A stretch of DNA of 24,482 nt from Sulfolobales archaeon (GTDB taxonomy: Archaea; Thermoproteota; Thermoprotei_A; Sulfolobales; NBVN01). The DNA lies in the NCBI GenBank assembly GCA_038841535.1, contig JAWBTQ010000018.1:1-24482 (forward strand), in the 5' to 3' direction. The first letter of the stretch is position 1. Each line of letters begins with the position of its first letter. This document shows positions 18,773 through 24,482 of the stretch, piece by piece. Below the pieces are notes generated by a model. That model was given only the letters and a program-made list of their open reading frames with translations, did not search any database and was not told the DNA's origin. The position numbers and the translations under genes are program-made.

Positions 18773-19420
18773 ATGTAACACCTTACGTAATTATATAGTA
18801 GGGGTCGTATTTAAACTTATGTGTTCATGTGTAAAATCAAGTGTAATTTGTGAAGAGCAGCAAGTAGCGGTAAAACATGCGATTAGACGCTAACAAACGT
18901 TACGAAAACCTACGAAGGGAAAATAAGTAACTTATAATAAAAAGCTTACTTCATGGAGTAATTATTGGCGAACTCTCAACCAAAGACCTCTGGACTCAAA
19001 TTTGGCAGACTTTCTATAGTATACGAAGAAAACAACAGATCTCCTATTATCAGTTACAATTTACTACGTTCCCAATTCAGTTTCGCTCGCGGGTTCCTCC
19101 GTTCTTATAGAGTATGACTGCTATAACGTTGCGGGCGTATAAACGAAGTACTTTACTAAAAATATGCTTAAGAGGAAAAGCCGAAGTTGTAGCTAGCTCG
19201 GGAGTCACCGCATGCGGTCATATAATATCTTGAGCTCTCACCAATAAAACAGTTGGAAAATTAGCTAGCAACCTCAAGTGGTACACGACCAGCAGGCAAT
19301 CTCTGGGGAAGGTAGTGGCCAGCTCCCAGCCATAAAGAAAGTAACTGTTTGCTTAATTAAAATTTGTGGGTCATCTGTATTGATGATGTACTTTAGTTCT
19401 GTAGTGACTATAGCAGTTGT

Positions 19421-19438
19421 AACAAAAACTCTTTAAAG
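19421..19438 (+). promoter_or_regulatory. BRE/TATA-like promoter upstream of the stand-alone omegaRNA-like element
   Basis: AACAAAAACTC-TTTAAAG, with TTTAAA at 19432-19437. This is about 25 nt upstream of where homology to the omegaRNA begins (about 19463). Confidence 0.5.
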
Positions 19439-19462
19439 CGCTTATGGGGTTTATTTCTGACT

Positions 19463-19620
19463 CTAAGTGTGAGCTCTGCTCTGTAAAGCTCTAAGAGCGT
19501 CCATAACCTCTGTGTAGAGTGGCTGCTAGCCCCATGAACCGCAAAATTGAGATACGACCTGCTCAAGAAAAACTAAAAACAACCTAGTGTGGGGAACGGT
19601 TGGCTTATTAGTCTATTAAC
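19463..19620 (+). ncRNA. Stand-alone diverged copy of the IS607 omegaRNA/right end with a different guide
   Basis: 19469-19601 aligns to 3809-3942 at 91/134 identity by hand with one gap. It shares GTGAGC, GAGTGG, TGAACCGCA, AACCTAG and terminal AACGGTT, and shows compensatory stem changes. No tnpB upstream. Confidence 0.75.
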
Positions 19621-20671
19621 AGGGTCCCACGATCCTAATACCCTTGGACCTGAGTCCATCGATTACGTACTCAAACATCCTGCGGTCCGCTCCCAGGAAC
19701 TCCGGAGGTACTAAACCACTTGGGATGCTGCTTTTTGCTAAAAGATTTATGACTTGAACTGCGGTGAAGCCAGTTACTCTAGCCATCGAGGTGCTCTCTC
19801 TGGATGCTTCATCGTAAAGAACATACTTAACTCTTCTATCACCAACCTCCCCGAAGACCTCCATTATAGACATGTCAGCGATTTCGTAAGTCATGTGCGG
19901 TGCTATAATCTCGAGAGTGCGACCTAGGTGCTTGCTGTCGAGGAAGCCTAGCTCTTTAAGCACTCTCATTCTCAACAAGTGTCCGGGCCATCGCAAAGTA
20001 TACTCAGCCATGTTTTTTGCTTTAATAGTGTGCAGCATTGTTCTAAGTCCGTCTGTCGGAAACCTCTCTAAGTCGAAGCCTAAAATCCGCACTCTCTCTA
20101 TGACACCGAGAGGATCTATGGATACTACCGCACCATCTTTGACTATTCTCGCAGGTCTTAAGTACTCATCTATTAAGTCGGCTAGAGAGAAGAGAACTGC
20201 GTGATATAGAGGGGGCCTAGGTTCTTTGGGTAGACCCCCTACATTAATTTCAACTCTATCGAGATCTCCTAGCTCGCCGTGTATTCTACCAACAACCATA
20301 TTACTAAGCCCTGGAGCAAAACCTGCGTCAACAACGACAGTTATTCCCGCTTTCTCTATAGCCTCCCTCAGCGGAACCGGGTCTTCCGGCATAAACGATA
20401 TGTCGACAAGGTCTTTCCGCATCTTAATGCATGCCAGTAATACTCTATAGCCTAAGCTCCCGGGGAGCGCGTTAACCACGATGTCAAATCCCTTAATGGA
20501 CTCTAGTAAGTAGCTCTCCCTACTTAAATCTACTTGAAGGATCGAAGCCGCTTGCTTAAGGGGTTCAAGACTTTCTTTACTCTTGTCCGCCACACTAACG
20601 TCGTAGAGTTTACTTAATTCAAGAGCCACTAGCGACCCAACCCTCCCAGCTCCAAGAACTATAAAGCGCAC
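19616..20671 (-). CDS. Saccharopine dehydrogenase family protein, L-lysine 6-dehydrogenase-like
   Basis: GAGRVG Rossmann motif, NALPG, DISF, DAGFAPGLSN, VGGLP, LIDEY.RPA, TDGLRT and TLRWPGH. GGTGA RBS before the GTG start. Confidence 0.88.
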   Translation of the reverse strand: MRFIVLGAGRVGSLVALELSKLYDVSVADKSKESLEPLKQAASILQVDLSRESYLLESIKGFDIVVNALPGSLGYRVLLACIKMRKDLVDISFMPEDPVPLREAIEKAGITVVVDAGFAPGLSNMVVGRIHGELGDLDRVEINVGGLPKEPRPPLYHAVLFSLADLIDEYLRPARIVKDGAVVSIDPLGVIERVRILGFDLERFPTDGLRTMLHTIKAKNMAEYTLRWPGHLLRMRVLKELGFLDSKHLGRTLEIIAPHMTYEIADMSIMEVFGEVGDRRVKYVLYDEASRESTSMARVTGFTAVQVINLLAKSSIPSGLVPPEFLGADRRMFEYVIDGLRSKGIRIVGPC

Positions 20672-21124
20672 GTGCGGTCACCGAGCAGGTTTAATGCCTA
20701 TGTAAATAAGTACACGAGCGAGGGGAGACGGCGTTTATCTGCTGCATAGCAGTACTCTCTCAGTTCTGAATGATCTGGCTTTTTGAAGAGTGAAGGTGGA
20801 CTACATATCCGCTTTACCGAGCATATCCTCGATAACTTGCGATAAACCACATCGTTCGGAGTGCCAAGACATCAGCGAGACCCACCCTTTGTTGCTGGAC
20901 CTCCGGGATGTAAAGCTATATCCCACTAATACGCACTATGCTAAGTCTCTCGAGAATCGTCCTTAATTAGTTCCCACTAAGAAAGCGGCGTGTCTCAGTA
21001 CGTTCTTTCCGATCATCAACAACGAGCTGCTCAGCCGAAAACCTCACCGTTCAAGACAGTTAGAGCCCATCATGGAGGAAGAGTAAAACAGAGTTTTGAG
21101 TACTATTTGTAGATATGCCCTTTA

Positions 21125-22234
21125 CTACTCGTATTCTATAGTAGCCGGAGGCTTAGGTGTTATGTCAAACCCTACTGCTTTAACTCCATCTATCTTTAGT
21201 ATGTGCGAGGCTAGATCTCGCAGGATACTCTCCGGAGGTTTGACTATACGTGCTTCAATGAAGTCTGACGTACTCACCGCTCTTACCGACACAAAGTACT
21301 CACCACTATCGCGCTCGTCAAGTAAGAGAACAAACCTCGAGACTCCTGCTCTATCCACAAGTACTAGAATCTCACTCTCGCCGAGATCCGAAACATCCCG
21401 TAGGAGACCTATTGATGAATAGACTCTCTTTCCCTCTTTAACTCCGGTTGCTGGAACCCTGAACTCACCGAACTCAATACACTTGCCTGGGCTTAAGCAC
21501 ACCTGCTCCTGGGAGCCTAGGTCAAAGTCCCAAGCAGCCGCGAAGTACTGGCTCGCACCCACCCCCTTCAGAAACTTCTCGACGATGTCTGTAGCTTTTC
21601 GAACCACGTCAAGCTTCTCTAGAGTAAACCTCCCTACAGTTCGAACTAGCAGTCCAGGACCTGGAAACGGCTGCCTGTTGACTATTGATTCCGGTATGCC
21701 GAGGTATCTGGCGACGGCTCGCACTTCGTGTTTGTATAAGTCCTTTAGAGGTTCTATAACCCTAACACCGTACCTCTCCTGTAGCTCTCTACTGAGCACA
21801 TTGTGTTGTGTTTTAACTCCCCCGACAGTCTCGACTACGTCAGCCTTGATCGTCCCCTGCACTAAGTAGTCGCACCTATACTCGCTAACGAGCTCGGATA
21901 GAACACTGTAGAAAGTGTCTCTAAACACTACTCTCTTATGTTCGGCATCCTCTAAGCCTAGCAGGTTATCGTAAAACCTACTCGACCTATCCATAACTTC
22001 TACGTCGATTAAGTCCCTCAAGCTATTTCTAACGAAGTGACCCTCGTTTAACCTCATAAAGCCCGTATCTATGTATACGGCTCTAATTACGCTGCCTAAA
22101 GCTTTCTTAACTAAGACTGCGGACGTTACGCTATCAACTCCACCACTTACAGCTGCTAAAACATTTTTGGCGCTACCATACGTCCTCCTCAACTCGTCTA
22201 CAGATTTTTCTACGTACTTCGCAGGGTCGAACAT
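21125..22234 (-). CDS. guaAB: GMP synthase, ATP pyrophosphatase subunit B
   Basis: SGGVDS PP-loop, IDTGFMR, QGTI.AD, KTQHN, EPL.DLYK.EVR, RQPFPGPGL.VR and C-terminal DITPKPPATIEYE. Confidence 0.95.
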   Translation of the reverse strand: MFDPAKYVEKSVDELRRTYGSAKNVLAAVSGGVDSVTSAVLVKKALGSVIRAVYIDTGFMRLNEGHFVRNSLRDLIDVEVMDRSSRFYDNLLGLEDAEHKRVVFRDTFYSVLSELVSEYRCDYLVQGTIKADVVETVGGVKTQHNVLSRELQERYGVRVIEPLKDLYKHEVRAVARYLGIPESIVNRQPFPGPGLLVRTVGRFTLEKLDVVRKATDIVEKFLKGVGASQYFAAAWDFDLGSQEQVCLSPGKCIEFGEFRVPATGVKEGKRVYSSIGLLRDVSDLGESEILVLVDRAGVSRFVLLLDERDSGEYFVSVRAVSTSDFIEARIVKPPESILRDLASHILKIDGVKAVGFDITPKPPATIEYE

Positions 22235-22344
22235 AGTCTCCCTAGAAAGTTTAACTCAGATAAAATAAGAACGATAGCTATCCCTAGCTTAATCGATTAC
22301 ATAAATTTAATTCGATAAAGTGATATCTACTACAGGGGATACGC

Positions 22345-22986
22345 ATGGTGGAAGTAGTTTACATAACGTGGAAAAAGGTAATACGGCTGTGCTACAGGCT
22401 CGCGAAAAAAATAGCTAACTCTGGGTACCGCCCCGAAGTCGTTGTATCAATTATGCGCGGAGGAGTCGTTCCAGCACTCATAGTCAGCGATATCTTCAAC
22501 GTGGATTCATTCTATGCTCTCAGAGTTAAGCATTGGGGAATAGCCGAAGAAGTTTACCCGGTACCTATTATTGAACAACTACCGCAGGGTAGAGTAGAAG
22601 GTAGAAGAGTTCTGTTGGTTGACGAAGTAGCTGATACAGGGAAAACCCTAGAGGCGTCTATTAAAGAGTTGGCAAAGCTTCACCCGAAAGAAATAAGAAC
22701 GGCGGTACTCCATTTAAAGCCGACGTCCGTGGTAATGCCGGACTACTACGCAGAGAAACTCGATAAGTGGGTTTGGCTGTTCTATCCGTGGTCACTAGTT
22801 GAAACCGTAGTCGCACTAGCTATTAAAGAGGTGGGGGACAGTAAGGTTACTGAGAGGCAACTACTGGAAATATCGCTTAGTTTAGCTAAGAGCTTAGGAA
22901 TCAGAGGACCTATATCAAGCGTTCTCAAGACATCAATAAAATACTACGTACCAGAGACTAAAGCTTCAAGCAGTAATACTAACTAA
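22345..22986 (+). CDS. Purine (hypoxanthine/guanine/xanthine) phosphoribosyltransferase, type I PRTase
   Basis: IMRGG, PRPP-binding VLLVDEVADTGKTL, PDYY and WLFYPW. Divergent from guaAB. Confidence 0.88.
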   Translation: MVEVVYITWKKVIRLCYRLAKKIANSGYRPEVVVSIMRGGVVPALIVSDIFNVDSFYALRVKHWGIAEEVYPVPIIEQLPQGRVEGRRVLLVDEVADTGKTLEASIKELAKLHPKEIRTAVLHLKPTSVVMPDYYAEKLDKWVWLFYPWSLVETVVALAIKEVGDSKVTERQLLEISLSLAKSLGIRGPISSVLKTSIKYYVPETKASSSNTN

Positions 22987-23018
22987 TCGCCATCCAGCTA
23001 TAGTCTAAAACAAGTCAA

Positions 23019-23945
23019 TTATGACCTCAGTAGAGTACTTATGTACCTAAACGCAGAATCTGGAGCTACAGTCACTATGTTACTCCCAGCGGGAAGAGAG
23101 CTAGCAATAAGTAGTGATGCGAAAACGTTAGCTCCAGCTGATATTCCAGCCATAATCCCCTCTTCTCTAATTAGTCTCTTGGCTGCATCGATGGCTTCCG
23201 ATCGTGTAACCTCGATTACAGCATCGACCAGAGTTCTATCGAAGTTACGGTACACGTTCTTTGAGGCAAGTCCATCAATGAACTCCTCGCCTGATCCACC
23301 CACTAGCTTAGACCCCTTTGGTACGACAGCTATAACTTTGACCTCAGATAACCTCTCCTTGAGGAACCTCCCAACACCAGTTATAGTGCCACCAGTTCCA
23401 ACCCCCATAACGAAAGCAGAAATCTCCCCACCTAGTGCCTTCCATATCTCTCTAGCCGTCGTCTCGTAGTGTGCTCTCACATTAGCTGGATTCTCGAACT
23501 GGTTCAAGAAGACTCCCCCATACTCTCTAGCTAGTGCTTCAGCAACCCTAACGTAGTAACGTGGAGAGCTCGGATCACTACTACTGAACACTACTTCTGC
23601 TCCCAGAAGTTTTAACATCGAAACCTTCTCAGAGCTCGTCTCCTCCTCAACAACAATAACTGGCCTAAGTCCGTAAAACTTAGATACAAATGCGACAGAT
23701 ATAGCGGTGTTGCCACTAGATGCTTCTACTACAACATCTCCGGCTTTAAGCCCATATCTCTCTACGGCATCTTTGATCATGTAAAGAGCTATCCTATCCT
23801 TATGGCTACCCGTTGGATTCATGTACTCGAGTTTTACGAAGACATTAGCACTACTAGGGGGGAGCTTTCTTAGCTTTACCATTGGGGTGTTCCCTATATA
23901 GTCGATTAACTCGAGCGCAGGTTTATTTCTGCTGTTACGGCTCAA
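23019..23945 (-). CDS. Cysteine synthase / cystathionine beta-synthase family PLP enzyme
   Basis: IGNTPMV, KLEYMNPTGSHKDR, ASSGNTA, NQFENPAN..AHY.TT, GVGTGGT and GISAGAN. The TTG at 23945 follows a GGGTGG RBS, so it is preferred over 24011. Confidence 0.92.
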   Translation of the reverse strand: MSRNSRNKPALELIDYIGNTPMVKLRKLPPSSANVFVKLEYMNPTGSHKDRIALYMIKDAVERYGLKAGDVVVEASSGNTAISVAFVSKFYGLRPVIVVEEETSSEKVSMLKLLGAEVVFSSSDPSSPRYYVRVAEALAREYGGVFLNQFENPANVRAHYETTAREIWKALGGEISAFVMGVGTGGTITGVGRFLKERLSEVKVIAVVPKGSKLVGGSGEEFIDGLASKNVYRNFDRTLVDAVIEVTRSEAIDAAKRLIREEGIMAGISAGANVFASLLIASSLPAGSNIVTVAPDSAFRYISTLLRS

Positions 23946-24264
23946 CGCGTACCACCCAGGAAGAAGTCGAATTAGTGGAATCCCGGTAATCGTTATTCCG
24001 GTTAACAGCAAAGAGCGTTAAGTAAAGTAGAGAAGTAAATCTCGGAATAACCTTACGCACTATGCTCCGTACACGCACCGATGAGCTCACCTTTATCAAA
24101 TAGGGTTTACCTAAAAGACACTAATAAACCTGGACGAAGAACAGCGCAGTACTGCTGATGACCTTACGGGTTTACGCGCCACTGACTACTATAAGGTCAC
24201 CTCTGCTTATAGTTACGCTAACTGTTATCACGCAAGTGGTTTCCACAAGAGAATCAATTTTATC

Positions 24265-24482
24265 CAAACAGTTGCTCTAGGCAGGTTTGAAGCGCTAATA
24301 GCCGCAAACGACGAGATGGCTCTAGGAGCTATTCAGGCAATAGAGGGAGCTGGTCTAAAGCCTGGGGTTGACGTAATAGTAGTCGGCTATGACGCTATTC
24401 CGGACGCCGTAGATGCTGTTAGAGCTGGCAAGATGTACGCTACAATAGCTCAGTCACCGTTCCTCCAGGGATACTGGGCGGT
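24265..24482 (+). pseudogene. 5'-truncated sugar ABC substrate-binding protein (RbsB-like) fragment, running off the window
   Basis: Hand translation: EALIAANDEMALGAIQAIEGAGLKPGVDVIVVGYDAIPDAVDAVRAGKMYATIAQSPFLQGYWA, the C-terminal half of a periplasmic-binding-protein type I fold. An in-frame TAA at 24112 leaves no room for the N-terminal half or a signal peptide. Confidence 0.8.

Noticed and set aside
16258-23469. Antisense ORFs in the track opposite the amidohydrolase, SSS, dehydrogenase, guaAB and cysteine synthase genes
   Set aside because: They are nested opposite well-supported genes, with low-complexity Ser/Thr/Ala-rich translations typical of antisense shadows.

Overview
This looks like hyperthermophilic archaeal DNA, probably Thermoproteota (GGTGA-type RBS, TTTAAA TATA boxes, split GMP synthase, PT-linker membrane-anchored binding protein). 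The window is an accessory amino/imino-acid and peptide utilisation region. It contains a class I aminotransferase and a four-subunit dye-linked proline-dehydrogenase-type operon (pdhA-F-X-B). Divergent from that operon are an NSS transporter, two unannotated 37-aa membrane microproteins and a proline-racemase-family enzyme with an atypical Cys/Ser catalytic pair. Further on are an oligopeptide ABC module without ATPases, an SSS transporter with an amidohydrolase, and a lysine-6-dehydrogenase-like gene. An apparently intact IS607 element (serine-recombinase TnpA, RuvC-intact TnpB, right-end omegaRNA) lies at about 1984-3940. The main non-coding observation is a second, diverged, stand-alone copy of that omegaRNA/right end at about 19463-19601. 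It is about 68% identical by hand alignment, has compensatory stem changes, its own BRE/TATA-like promoter, a different guide and no tnpB. Two separated relics of a sugar ABC operon (rbsC-like, rbsB-like) point to rearrangement and decay. guaAB, a purine PRTase and a cysteine-synthase-family gene lie at the right end.
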